This document shows positions 40,454 through 52,697 of a stretch of 64,000 bases of DNA, piece by piece (positions within the stretch are counted from its first letter, which is position 1; each line of letters begins with the position of its first letter). Position numbers and translations under genes: made by a program. The stretch comes from Mobula hypostoma (lineage: Eukaryota): assembly GCF_963921235.1 (NCBI RefSeq), contig NC_086097.1, forward strand, positions 168,456,001 through 168,520,000, written 5' to 3'. Under the pieces are notes generated by a model. The model saw nothing but the letters and a program-made list of their open reading frames with translations. It was not told where the DNA came from and made no database searches.

Positions 40454-40719
40454 GAAACGTCATCGGTGCAACATCTACATCTTGCTTGTCCAGCATTTCA
40501 AATGACACAGATGTATATAGTATGGAAACCTTCCAAGCTGACATCGAAATCGTCAGATCTAAATTAACAAATATTACTGTTGGAGAAAGCAATGTGTTCA
40601 CAGTTGTGGAAGAATTCAGCAATAAAGATGATAATGAGAAGGATCTGGAAGAAGAGTTAGAAGGAAATGACTACAACGAACAGTCAGCAAAGGTGTCGGT
40701 GGCCAAAGCATGTGTATAA
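40454..40719 (+). CDS. CARD + tandem RHIM-like protein, exon 5 (RHIM-like motif 2 and acidic tail)
   Basis: TAG acceptor at 40451-40453, phase 1. Encodes (G)NVIGATSTSCLSSISNDTDVYSMETFQADIEIVRSKLTNITVGESNVFTVVEEFSNKDDNEKDLEEELEGNDYNEQSAKVSVAKACV*. Possible internal donor AAG|GTGTCG after 40692. Confidence 0.78.
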
Positions 40720-41210
40720 TTTGAAATACAGCATGTAGATTACTATATAGTAAGTGACTTTATGTTGTTTGAGAATTATGGATTGTCATTAATTAGAAAA
40801 ACAGGAGGATCATAACCATAATTTTTCAACTCAAGGGGATTAGGTATTTCCGTGCTGAGGAAATACCATGGGAAATGTATAATAAGCTCAAAATGTGTGA
40901 GTTGGGTGAGCCACAGAGAGATGTTCACTGTCCAGAACCACCTCCAAGGATAAGCCATTGTTTGCACAGGAAGAGGATGAGTAACAATGGAACATGTGGA
41001 ATTGGGGTAACACAGCCGTACTGGTTGGAAGTTAATACATAGAAAGCAGAATTGGTTATTATGGAGCCTTGTCTGTTCAGAATGCTAGACCCACGTGAGT
41101 TTGAAACTATTAAAAATGCATCATTATTGTGGGAAATGCTAAAAAATGCGATTTTTCTCTGCAAATACAGAACTTTGTTCCAATTGCAGACTTTTTGTTT
41201 TGTTTTCCAG

Positions 41211-41258
41211 GATGAATTTCAGTGGGAGATTGAAATATTAAACGCAGAGACTCTGTGA
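41211..41258 (+). CDS. Possible alternative terminal exon 6 of the CARD/RHIM-like gene
   Basis: Strong acceptor CTTTTTGTTTTGTTTTCCAG. A phase-0 join from 40692 gives DEFQWEIEILNAETL*. Confidence 0.5.
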   Translation, partial: DEFQWEIEILNAETL

Positions 41259-41700
41259 ATGCCGTCTGGTAGTTATAACAGCAGAAAGCACCCAGCAGGC
41301 TCTGGAATTCAGTTGTTCAAGCTTCATGGTTAAATCTTATTATAAACCACTCTACCAAAAACTGATTTTCTGTAATTCCGTAAAATCCCAATTTCTCAGT
41401 GTTACTGATTTATTAGCTTCACAGGGAATATCAAAGTGGCACAACTGAGGTTCAAATCAGATAAATTGATCTCTTTTAATAGCACAATTCCCTAGCCCAG
41501 AGGACAGAAGTATATTCAACACTAAAGTTGATAGGACACTAAGGAGGAAGATAGGCTTGAGACAGGAGATCAACAATCATTCTTGAAAGAATGACTTGAA
41601 AAGCTGTTCCTACATTGATTTCATATTTTTAAGTATCATCTGCTTATTGTGTTAGTTTTGTATATCTAACCACTTCAAAACGGGGGTTGCCCTGTTCAGT

Positions 41701-41733
41701 ATTTATTTATTTATTTATCTATCTATCTATCTA
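41701..41733. repeat. Compound microsatellite (ATTT)n(ATCT)n
   Basis: atttatttatttatttatctatctatctatcta. Confidence 0.85.
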
Positions 41734-43279
41734 CACATCCACTTGCAGGATGTGACCATTGTGATAAGATAGTACATGTCCATCACTAATTGCTTCTTGA
41801 TCAAGCTCCCATAGTGGACTGAAGGGAGTTAAAGATTGTCCAGGAGGCCAAGTATGGAGCAGTAAAAAATGCTCTGTGCATTCTGGATGGGAAGAAGTTG
41901 TTAAGGTAGATAAGGGCAAAGACATTTCTCACCCCATAGCATGCCTCTACAGCTGTATTGACACCTTTAGGAACAGCCGACAACACTCCAAGCTCCCACT
42001 GAAGCTCCTGGCTTCCCAGTATCTCACCACATATTGCAGCTTCTTTGCATCATCTCATTTTTCAGCTTTCATTCACCCACCCATTAATCATTCTTCTGTT
42101 CACTGCCAGCCACGTGGCCAATTTAAGATAAGGTTATGACTCACCAAAATGGGGCATCATCGCACTGGAGACAGAAGAGACCACAAAATTATGGAATCAG
42201 AGGAACGCAGCACGACAGGCAGGAAATGGACAGCTGACGTTTCAGATTGAGATGTTCATTGTACGTAGCTGTTCATTTAGGGTTCCCAGCTTGGGAAAGC
42301 CCAGATCAAAAGCTGATCGACTGCTAAAACGGGATATAGGTGCGGCCCTGATTGACCACATTCACTCTTCACTGGCACCACTGCATTCTCAGCCTTGAAG
42401 AAAAGCATTTGTACATAAATTCAGTGTGAGGTGGGAGTACTGAGGACAGGGGTGGTGGGGGTTGGGGGGGGGGAAGAGGTGCAGTTTATAATCTGTTATA
42501 CCAGCAAGTGCTATCACTTGATTGTCATATATAGTAAATATATGTACAAAGCACCACCAACCTGCAAAATAAAAGTGTTTGATATCCTGATCTGTCAGTA
42601 AGTATTTATTTAACATACTAAACCCAAGCACATACTGTACAGGAGATATCAATATTAATACAGATATAGATTAGTCTTCTTTGATACCTTTCAACTAAGG
42701 TAGTATGTTGGTTCAGAACATCTTTTGTTTCTACACTGACCCCTCAAATATGACCCTGAAGGCCAGGTAGGTACTGTACAATTTTCTGACACTGCTGTTC
42801 GGACGGGATAGGTAGGTGTCCCTCTAGAAGAAAATTAACTATAGAGCTGCTGGAGTTTGGTGTTAACTAGTTAAATTCCATCAGAGGCCCTGTAGCTAAG
42901 TTACTATGTCAATCAAATAGAAACCCACCTGTTAAATTGGCAGGACAAAGGTTTGGGGTGGGGAGGCGGGGGGGGGGGGGTCAATTGTGTGAACAACAAA
43001 CCGGGCAAAGAGACGTTCCAAAAGCCCATGGTTATTTCAGTAATTTGGTAACAAAGCTGGTGACTTCTCTTTGGTTTTATAGTCAACGGCCAAATAGCCA
43101 ATTATCAAGTATGAGGGTTAGGCTGGAGATTAGGCACTAGAGTTACACCTTCAAACAGAGTTTTCTTTCCAAACCTTTAGAAATACTCCCACAAGATGTG
43201 AAGTATAACTGACATAAACTTTGCAACACACATGAAATGATGGAGAAACACAACAAGCAGCATCTATGGAGGGGAATAA

Positions 43280-44045
43280 ACCATAGAACTATAGAACCAT
43301 AGAAACTACAGCACAGAAACAGGTCCTTTGCCCCTTCTTGGCTGTGCCGAACCATTTTCTGCCTAGTCCCACTGACCTGCACACGGACCATATCCCTCCA
43401 TACACCTCCCATCCATGTATCTGTCCAATTTATTCTTAAATATTAAAAAAGAACCCACATTTACCACCTCGTCTGGCAGCTCATTCCGTACTCCCTCCAC
43501 TCTCTGTGTGAAGAAGCCCCCCCTAATGTTCCCTTTAAACTTTTCCCCCCTCATGCTTAACCCATGTCCTCTGGTTTTTTTCTCCCCTTGCCTCAGTGGA
43601 AAAAGTCTGCTTGCATTCACTCTATCTATACCCATCATAATTTTATATACCTCTATCAAATCTCCCCTCATTCTTCTATGCTCCAGGAATAAAGTCCTAA
43701 CCTATTCAACCTTTCTCTGTAACTGAGTTTCTCAAGTCCCAGCAACATCCTTGTAGACCTTCTCTGCACTCTTTCAACCTTATTTATATCCTTCCTGTAA
43801 TTTGGTGACCAAAACTGAACACAATACTCCAGATTCGGCCTCACCAATGCCTTATACAACCTCATCATAACATTCCAGCTCTTATACTCAATACTTCGAT
43901 TAATAAAGGCCAATGTACCAAAAGCTCTCTTTACGACCCTATCTACCTGTGACGACACTTTTAGGGAATTTTGTATCTGTATTCCCAGATCCCTCTGTTC
44001 CACTGCACTCCTCAGTGCCTTACCATTAACCCTGTATGTTCTATG
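43280..44045 (-). mobile_element. CR1 LINE 3' end, relatively young
   Basis: LYKALVRPNLEYCVQFWSP and RGDLIEVYKIM, with an (ATAGAACC)n-type tail at about 43280-43305. Confidence 0.92.
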
Positions 44046-44699
44046 TTTTGGGCTGAGACTCTATACCAGGATTTATTTCCCTCCATAGATGCTGACTGAC
44101 TTGCTGAGCTCTTCCAGCGTTTTCAGTGTATTGCTCAACATTTTCAGCATCGGCAGTATTTCTCATGTTTAAAAAGAATGGTAAGTTCAGTGTGTTTCAT
44201 GAAAACTAGAGAACACTGGTACAGAGGTAGTAGGATCCATACACTTATCACCTTGAACCTTCGCCATGGCCTCAACTCCACTTTTCTGTCCATTCTGTAA
44301 AACCCTTGACTGTCTGTCTCAGCTGTGAACATTGTAAATCATTTGGCTTCTTCATCTCCATGGGACAGAGAATTCTGTGAATTCACACATGTCGGAGAAC
44401 AAATGCTACCTCATTCTTAATGGGCCACACGTTAGTGCTGAAATTATATTCTCCTAGTTCTAAATCCTCCATGAAAGGACATGTTGTGTCAGCATAATCC
44501 ACCACTCATCAGAAGTATGTGGAATAACCTTCCATGTAGGAAAGTAATAACGTGTCTACAATGAAGAGCTGGGCGATTATTTAGTAAAGAATAAACACAC
44601 GTCATTAAATACAATTTAATGAGAAGAATAGAGGGGTTTAAAACAAATTAAGTCATCCCAGCAATATTAACAAACCTCCAACATTGGTAGGAAGGAGGA

Positions 44700-47670
44700 T
44701 GACATTCTGCAAAGTGAGTTTAGGGAGTTAGGAGTAGTTAAAAGTCAGGACCTCCAGGGTTGTGATCTCATTATTACTACACATGCCACTTGCTAGTGTG
44801 GCCAGAATAGTAAGATCATGCAGCTTAACACGTGGCTAAGGAGTTGGTGTAGGAGAGAGGGCCTCAGAGTTTTGGGTGATTGGGCTCTCTTCCAGGGAAG
44901 GTGGGACCTGCACAGAAGAGAGAGTTTGCACCTGAACTGAAGGGGAACTAATACCCTTGCTCATTCTGCACAGGGAGGTTAAACTAGAGTTGTAGGGGGA
45001 TGGGAACCAGAGTGCCAGAACTGTTAGTGGAGAGGTTGTGGAGGCAGATGTTGTTAAGACCTCAAAGAAAGTCAGGAAGCAAATGGTTGAATATGGTGTT
45101 CTGAGTTGCTTATACTTCAATGCAAGAAGTATTCTAGAGGAGCTCAGTGAGTGGATTAACATGTGGAATTGTGGTACTGTAGCCATTAGTGAGATTTGGC
45201 TGGAAGAGGGGCAGGACTGGAAGCATAATATTTTGGGGTTCCACTGTTTTAGGCACCTAAGAGCGGGAGGGATCAAAGGGGAGGGGTGACGTTACTACTC
45301 AGGGAAAATGATATGGCAGTGCTCGGTCAGGACAGACTGGAGAACTTGTCTAGTGAGGTGTTATGGGTGGAACTGAGGAATAAGAAACGTATGACCAGGT
45401 TAATGGGTCTACATTACAGACAACCCAACAATCCCCAACATTTAGAGGTACAAATTTGTAGAAAGATCACAGACTATTACAAGAAACATAAGGTTGATAT
45501 ATAGTAGGTGATTTTAACTCTGCATATATTGACTGGGACTCCCAGATTGAGCTTGTCAAATGTGTTCAGGAAGGTTTCCTTTATCAATACACAGAAGTCC
45601 CAACTACTCAAAAATAGCAGATGGAATTTAATGCAGATAAGTGTGACATGTTGCATTTTGGGAGGATCAACCAAGGTAGATCTTACACACTGAGGGGCAG
45701 AGCACTGAGGTAGAACAACATGATCTGGAAATACAGGTTCAAAGTCCATTGAAAATGATGTCAAGTTACAGAGAGTCGCTTTTGGCACATTGGCCTTCAT
45801 AGGTCAAGGTATTGAGTACAGGAGTTGGAATGTTACATTGAAGTAGTATAAGACAGGCCTAATTTGGAGTACCGTGTGCAATTTTGGTCACCCACCTACA
45901 GGAAAGATGTAAGTAAGATTGAAATAGTACAGAGAAAATTTACAAGGATGTCACTGGGACCGGAGGGCCTAGCTTATAAGAACATAAGAAATAGGAGCAG
46001 GAGCAGGCCATCCGGCCCATCGAGCCTGCCTTCCTATTCAATAAGAACATAGCTGATCTGTCCATAAACTCAGCTTCATCTACCTGCCTTTTCCCCATAA
46101 CCCTTAATTCCCTCACTATGTAAAAATCTATCTAACTGTGTCTTAAATACATTCAGTGAAGAAGCCTCAACTGTTTCCCTGAGCAGAGAATTCCACAGAT
46201 TCACCACTCTCTGGGAAAAACAGTTTCTCCTCATCTCCATCCTAAATCTTCTCCCCTGAATCTTGAGGCAATGTCCCCTAGTTCTAGTGCCACCTACCAA
46301 TGGAAACAACTTTCCTACTTCTATCTTACCTATCCCTTTCAAAATTTTGTATGTTTCTATAAGATCCCCTCTCATTCTTCTGAATTCCAGAGAGTATAGT
46401 CACAGGCACTCAATCTCTCCTCATAAGTTAACCCCTTCATCCCTGGAAACAACCTGGTGAACCTCCTCTGCACTGCCTCCAAAGCTAGTATATCCTTCCT
46501 CAAGTATGGAGACCAGAAATGCAATCAGTACACCAGGTGCGGCCTCACCAGTGCCCTGTATAGTTGCAGCATGACCTTCCTGCTCTTGAATTCGATCCCT
46601 CTAGCAATGAAGGCCAACATTCCATTTGCCTTCTTAATAACCTGTTGTACCTGCAAGCCAACTTTTTGCGATTCATGCACAAGCATTCCCAAGTCCCTCT
46701 GCACAACAGTATGCTGCAATCCTTCACCATATAAATAATAATCTGCTCTTCTACTATTCCTTCCAAAGTGGATGATCTCACACTTACCAACATTGTATTC
46801 CATCTGCCAGACCTTGGCCCACTCACTTAACCTATCTATATCCCTCTGCAGACTCTCCACATCTTCTGTATAATTTGCTTTTCTACTCAGTTTAGTGTCA
46901 TCAGCAAATTTTGCTATGCTACACTCAGTCCCCTCTTCCAGATCATCAGTGTAAATGGTAAACAGCTGCCGGCCCAGCACCAACCCGTGGCACCCCATTC
47001 ACCACCAACTGCCAACCGGAGAAACACCCACTTATACCAACTCTCTGCCTTCTATTGGTTAACCAATCTACTATCCATGCCAATACACCTCCTCCGACTC
47101 CATACATCCGTATCCTATTTATAAGTCTCTTGTGCGGCACCTTATCCAACGGCGTCTAGAAATCCAAATATACGACATCCACCTGTTCCCCTCTATCCAC
47201 TGCACTCATTATGTCCTCAAAGAACTCCAGTAAGTTTGTCAAGAAAGATTGAATACATTGGAACTTTATTCCCTTAAATGTAGAAGACTGAGAGGAGATT
47301 TGATAGAGGTGTACAAAATTATGAGGGGTATAGATAGGGAAAATGCTAGCAAGCTTTTTCCACTGAGATTGGGTGAGACTACAACTGGAGGTCACAGGTT
47401 AATGGTAAAAGGTGAAATGTTTAATGGGAACACAAAGGGAAACTTCTTCACTCAGAGAGTGGTGAGAGTGTGGAATGAGCCGCCAGTGCAAGTGGTGGAT
47501 ACAATTTCAATTTCAGTGTTTAAGACAAGTTTGGATACCTACATGGATGGGAGGGGTATAGAGGGCTGTGGTCCAGGTGCGGGCTGATGGGACTAGGCAG
47601 TTTAAATGGTCTGGCATGGACTGGATGGGCCAAAGGGCCTGTTTCTGTATCGTAGTTTTCTATGATTTTA
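44700..47670 (+). mobile_element. Deleted CR1 LINE (+) with an opposite-strand CR1 inserted at about 45978-47240
   Basis: Host: CLYFNARSI, YRVQFWSP, then RRLRGDLIEVYKIM after the insert. Insert: IAKFADDTK and LYRALVRPHL. Confidence 0.9.
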
Positions 47671-48139
47671 TCACGTGTGCTGCTCAAGTAATTCCTATGT
47701 GTGCCACTTCTACTTATTACAAGTGTTCAAATTTGTAAAGCAGGGACTATTTCAAAATGCATGACGGCATGCCGACCAGCTATCAGCTCCCTGTGACTAA
47801 CAACATCCTAAAAGTTGTGCAATCAAACACAGAAAACCAGTTGTAATTCTGAGCACCACACACTAAATGCTGGAGGAACTTAGCAGGTCAGGCAGCATCT
47901 ATGGAAATAAACAGTCCATGCTTCTGGCCGAGACCCTTCATCAGCTGTAATTCTGTACATTTTAAGTAAGGAAACCATAATTAGCTTGGTAATTTGAACA
48001 TTAACTAGAGTGCTCATAACTCCAGCCTTTTGTGATACGTCACCATAACAGTACCTAATTATGTGGTGTTAAATTAATGCCTCTCTTTTGTTGAACTTAT
48101 TGAATGATTGAAGTTGGACTTCTTGGCTGTGCATCAGAA

Positions 48140-49732
48140 AAAGTAGCTTTATTCAACAAAACTATAAATTATAAATTCTCAGACTTAATTGTGGGTTAGA
48201 ATCAGCAAACAGAAAATGTTCACTCATCATCGTGATAAGCTGTGTTAACTATGTCCAGTTAACCTCAGTGAAATTCAAAAACTGTTTAAGGTAATGGCAA
48301 AAGTGAATATTCTGTAGGCTTACTACTTAAATGATCAGTTATTTAAGTAGTAAACCTACAGAATATTGGCACAGTGGCATAGTGGTTAGCACAACCATTT
48401 ACTGTATTGGCAACCCAGGTTCAATTCCCGCTACTGCCTGTAAGGAGTTTGTACGTTCTCTTCATGACTGTGTGGGCTTCCTCCCACAGTCCAAAGACAT
48501 ACCTGTTGGTAAGTTATTTGGTAATTGTAAATTGTCCCATGATTAGGCTAGGATTAAATTGGGGATTGCTGGGCAGTGTGACTCAAAGGGCCAGAAAGGC
48601 CTATTCCAAGCAGTATCTCAATCAATCTATATATATATAGGAAACTGACCAAGTTAAAAGTTATACGCTGGCTTCACCACTGCTAAATAAGAGACAATAG
48701 ACTCAATAAAGATTACAGTGCTTTTTTTAATGCAATTACAAGGAAAGTACAGGAATCTCGGTGGTACAAGTGAACTGAATGGTAGTCTTGTTCATATCAG
48801 CTCTACAATATAATTTAGAAACTATGTATTGCAGCACAGCCAGATACACAGGCTCATGGGGTGTGGGTGGGAGAAGGGAGGGTTGGAGTGAAAGGTCGTG
48901 GAGATGATGGCAATCTATTCCTTAAGTGTTCAGGCTGGGAACCAATAAGCCAAGAGGGAAAGGTAATAGTTGGGTTAGCAGTGGATTTGTTGCATTGTGC
49001 TGGCCTGATTAGCTCCATGGACAACTGCTCATGATGCTACAGTCAGAAAGAAAATCAAAAGGGTTTTAAAAGAAAGCATTGAAGCAAGTATTTCATCTAA
49101 GTGCAAAACTTGTCTCGCGTAAGCTGGCATTTAGCAAGGGTCCACCAATCAGTCTAACAAATACTGACAGTTTTCTGGAGCTTTATCAGTGAACAGTTTG
49201 ATAATTCCATCATTATCCTTGCTAGAACATAAAATAACTTGTTAAATTCATAGAAAAGTGAGCCCCCAGTGCCCATCACATCCAAAACAATCTTCCTCAC
49301 TAGTCTATAGACACAAACATCGCATATGATTACTCAGATGTTCCAGATTAATCTTTGTCTGTCTGTAGTATATTCCATGTACATAAACTGCACTGATTAA
49401 ATATTATACAAGTTGTCAATTTTCAACTGTTGCAAGTGGCAATAAGATGCCCATTACCAATGTCAGTAGGGCCCAAATACTCCTATTAATAAAATATATT
49501 ACATTTATATACAGGTAACTTACATTATTTCTTCTTTGATAAGACCCATTCACAAAGTTATGTCCATATAAATGAATTCCGGCTTTTGATATTAGGTGAA
49601 AGTTACATACTTGGGAATTTTAGCATTGTCAGCCTGTGTTCCAGCGTTTTACGGATCCAGTTATTTCCTTCTGAGATGCCAGTTCAACAAAAGAAACTTC
49701 AGAAAGAGGAGAGAAAATAAAAAGGCACAAGT
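48140..49732 (-). other. SPIRE1: Probable SPIRE1 3' UTR
   Basis: Mostly unique AT-rich sequence after the stop. Candidate poly(A) signals on -: ATTAAA at 48726-48731 and AATAAA at 48148-48153. Confidence 0.45.
48367..48625 (+). mobile_element. tRNA-derived V-SINE (HE1-like)
   Basis: A box TGGCATAGTGG, B box GGTTCAATTCC, and V-domain-like GGAGTTTGTACGTTCTC...TTCCTCCCACAGTCCAAAGAC. Confidence 0.75.
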
Positions 49733-50000
49733 CTAAACCTCTTTTATAGTTCGCTCCTTTGGCGTCGCCAGTCGAAATTCCAACGTGCTTGTGGAGGACA
49801 TATAAAAAGACTGAGTTTTCCGTTTTAACCGTGCACGCTTGTTCGCCAGGACAAGACTTCGTCGACTGGAGCTTATGATTTCTGAAATAAATTTCTTACA
49901 GTCAACACAAACTTCCATCGTGCTCCAGTCCTCCATCAGCTCTTTGGGAAACTCTAGGCTTTCAGTTGTCTTCTCTGAGGATTTAGACACAGATGGAAAC
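49733..50000 (-). CDS. SPIRE1: Spire homolog 1, last coding exon (end of modified FYVE and formin-interaction FSI region)
   Basis: Acceptor ctctttcacag. Encodes (R)[88 protein letters not shown], nearly identical to the vertebrate SPIRE1 C-terminus. Confidence 0.96.
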
Positions 50001-50149
50001 CTGTGAAAGAGCACACAAGCTCATGTTAGGGAATGCTGGGTCAAGAGACTCGTCTGGTTTACAACTTCTCCCTTGGTTATACAAGGCCAAGTTAAGAGGC
50101 ACGTTTTGTTACCAAACATCCAGTTTCATTCAGGTTTGTTTGTACCATT

Positions 50150-50855
50150 ATAAGCAAGGATGTGGAGGGATTGCAGAAGAGTCTTAGCCAGGATACTGCC
50201 TGGTTTAGAGGGTATGTGCTACGAGGAGAGGTTGTTAAATCACCTGTCCAGCTCTTGGCTCCATCCCTCCCCCTCCTGTCTTCTCCTATCATTTCGGATC
50301 TCCCCCCTCCCCCTCCCCCTTTCAAATCTCTTACTAGCTCTTCCTTCAGTGATGAAGGGTCTCGGCCCGAAACGTCGACTGTACCTCTTCCTAGAGATGC
50401 TGCCTGGCCTGCTGTGTTCACCAGCAACTTTGATGTGTGTTGTTTACATTTGGGCTGTTTTCTCAGGAAGGGCAGAAGCTGAGGGGAGACCTGATAGAAG
50501 TTTATAAGATTACGAAGAGCATAGATAGAAAATTGGCATTTTTTTTCCCCGCAGTGTTGAGGTATCTAATGCTAGAGGGCACGCATTTAAAGTGAGGTTG
50601 ATGTTAAGTTTAAAGGGGATGTGCTGGAGAAGTTTATTTAATACAAAAGAGCGGTGGGTGTCAGGATTGCACAGCCAGGGGTGGTGGTGGACGTAAATAT
50701 GATCAAGATGTTTAAGAGATGCTTAGATAGGCAAATGAACATGCTGAGAATGGAAAGCTATGTACAAAGAGGCTGAAGGAACAAGCTTAGTAGACTTTTA
50801 ATTATTAGTTTAATTAGTTTGGCACAGCATCATCAACCACAGGGCCTGTTCCTGG
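50150..50855 (+). mobile_element. CR1 3' fragment with a Penelope pseudo-LTR piece inserted at about 50238-50443
   Basis: ILPGLEGMCYEERL is interrupted by the pLTR, then resumes GAAGCTGAGGGGAGACCTGATAGAAG. Confidence 0.8.
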
Positions 50856-51739
50856 AGGAATAGACATACCAAGACATTTACACATACTGCATGCTATACA
50901 AGCTGTCAATTGTCTTGTGCTCATCCAAGTCTGAATCCCTCCATCACCAGAGTTTGGGAAACTCTGAGCAATTCATACCAATTTTATTTTCTCAGACTTG
51001 ATAACTACTTCTGGTCTTGCCAGACTTACTCTGAACAGAGGTCACACTAACCAATGCTTCTTCCTGAAAACTTCCCATCGGACGAGATTGCATAATCAGG
51101 TTGAGAGGTAAAACCCCAAACATCAAAACAACAGTGTTAGGAAATTCATCAAGTTCTAGAGTACCCTGAACGTTAACTGTTTCTTCTACAGATGCTGCCT
51201 AATCTGCTACGCATTTCCAGCATTTTCTGTTTTTATGGTTTTAAGAAAAAACTTGTAGGATTTAATTTCTAATTGTGATTTAAAAGGCTCATTTTTAGAA
51301 GTTAAAGCCAACTTCTCACGAATTTCTACAGGTGTACCATAGAGGGCATTCTAACTGGCTGAATCACGGTCTGGTAAGTGGGGGCGGGGGGGGGAGGTGG
51401 GGACACTGCACAGGATCGAAATAAGCTGCAGAAAGTTGTAAATTCAGTCAACCCCATCATGGGCACTCGCTTCCCCAGCATCCAGGGCATCTTTAAGGAG
51501 CAGTGCCTCAAAAAGCCAGCAGCCATCATTATGGACCCCATCACCCAGGATATACCATCTTATCATTGCTACCATCAGGGAGGATGTACACTTCACACTG
51601 TAATTTACAGTTTATATTATCTATTGCAATGTACTGATGCTGCATGACAGCAAATTTCATGACATATGCTGGTGATATTAAATATAAATCTAATTCCGAT
51701 TTATGTTGTGTTTTGTGTTTCAAGTTCACCATTTTCAAT

Positions 51740-52697
51740 GGAACATAAGAAATAGGAGCAGGAGTAGGCCATCCGGCCCATCAAGCCTGCCCCGCCATTC
51801 AATAAGATCGTGGCTGATCTGTCCGTAACTCAGCTCCATCTACCTGCCTTTCCCCCATAACCCTTAATTCCCCTACTATGTAAAAATCTATCTAACTGTT
51901 TCTTAAATACATTTAGTGAGGAAGCATCAACTGCTTCCCTGGGCCGAGAATTCCGCAGATTCACCACTCTCTGGGAAAAACAGTTTCTCCTCATCTCCGT
52001 CCTAAATCTTCTCCCCTGAATCTTGAGGCAACGTCCCCAAGTTCTAGTGTCACCTGCCAATGGAAACAACGTTCCTACTTCTATCTAATCTATCCCTTTC
52101 AAAATTTTGTATGTTTCTATAAGATCCCCTTTCATTCTTCTGAACTCCAGAGAGTATAGTCACAGGAAACTCAATCTCTCCTCATAGGTTAACTCCTTCA
52201 TCCCTGGAAACAACCTGGTGAACCTCCTCTGCACTGCCTCCAAAGCCAGTATATCCTTCCTCAAGTATGGAGACCAGAACTGCAATCAGTACATGACCTC
52301 CCTGCTCTTGAATCCAATCCCTCTAGCAATGAAGGCCAACATTCCGTTTGCCTTCTTAATAACCTGTTGTACCTGCAAGCCAACTTTTTGCACTCCCAAG
52401 TCTCTCTGCACAACAGCATGCTGCAATCTTTCACCATTTAAATAATAATCTGCTCTTCTACTATTCCTTCCAAAGTGGATGATCTCACAACATTGTATTC
52501 CATCTGCCAGACCTTGGCCCACTCACTTAACCTATCTATATCCCTCTGCAGGCTCTCCACATCATCTGTACAATTTGCTTTTCCACTCAGTTTAGTGTCA
52601 TCAGCAAATCTTGTCACGCTACACTCAGTCCCCTCTTCCAAATCATCAGTGTAAATGGTAAACAGCTGTGGGCCCTGCAGCACCCTACTCACCACAT
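51740..52697 (-). mobile_element. CR1 LINE 3' part, same subfamily as 45978-47240
   Basis: TRFADDTKL and NCFSQRVVNL; closely similar to the 46 kb copy. Confidence 0.9.

Noticed and set aside
49733..50014. SPIRE2 assignment
   Set aside because: [26 protein letters not shown] and [16 protein letters not shown] are SPIRE1-type, and PRELID3 synteny agrees.
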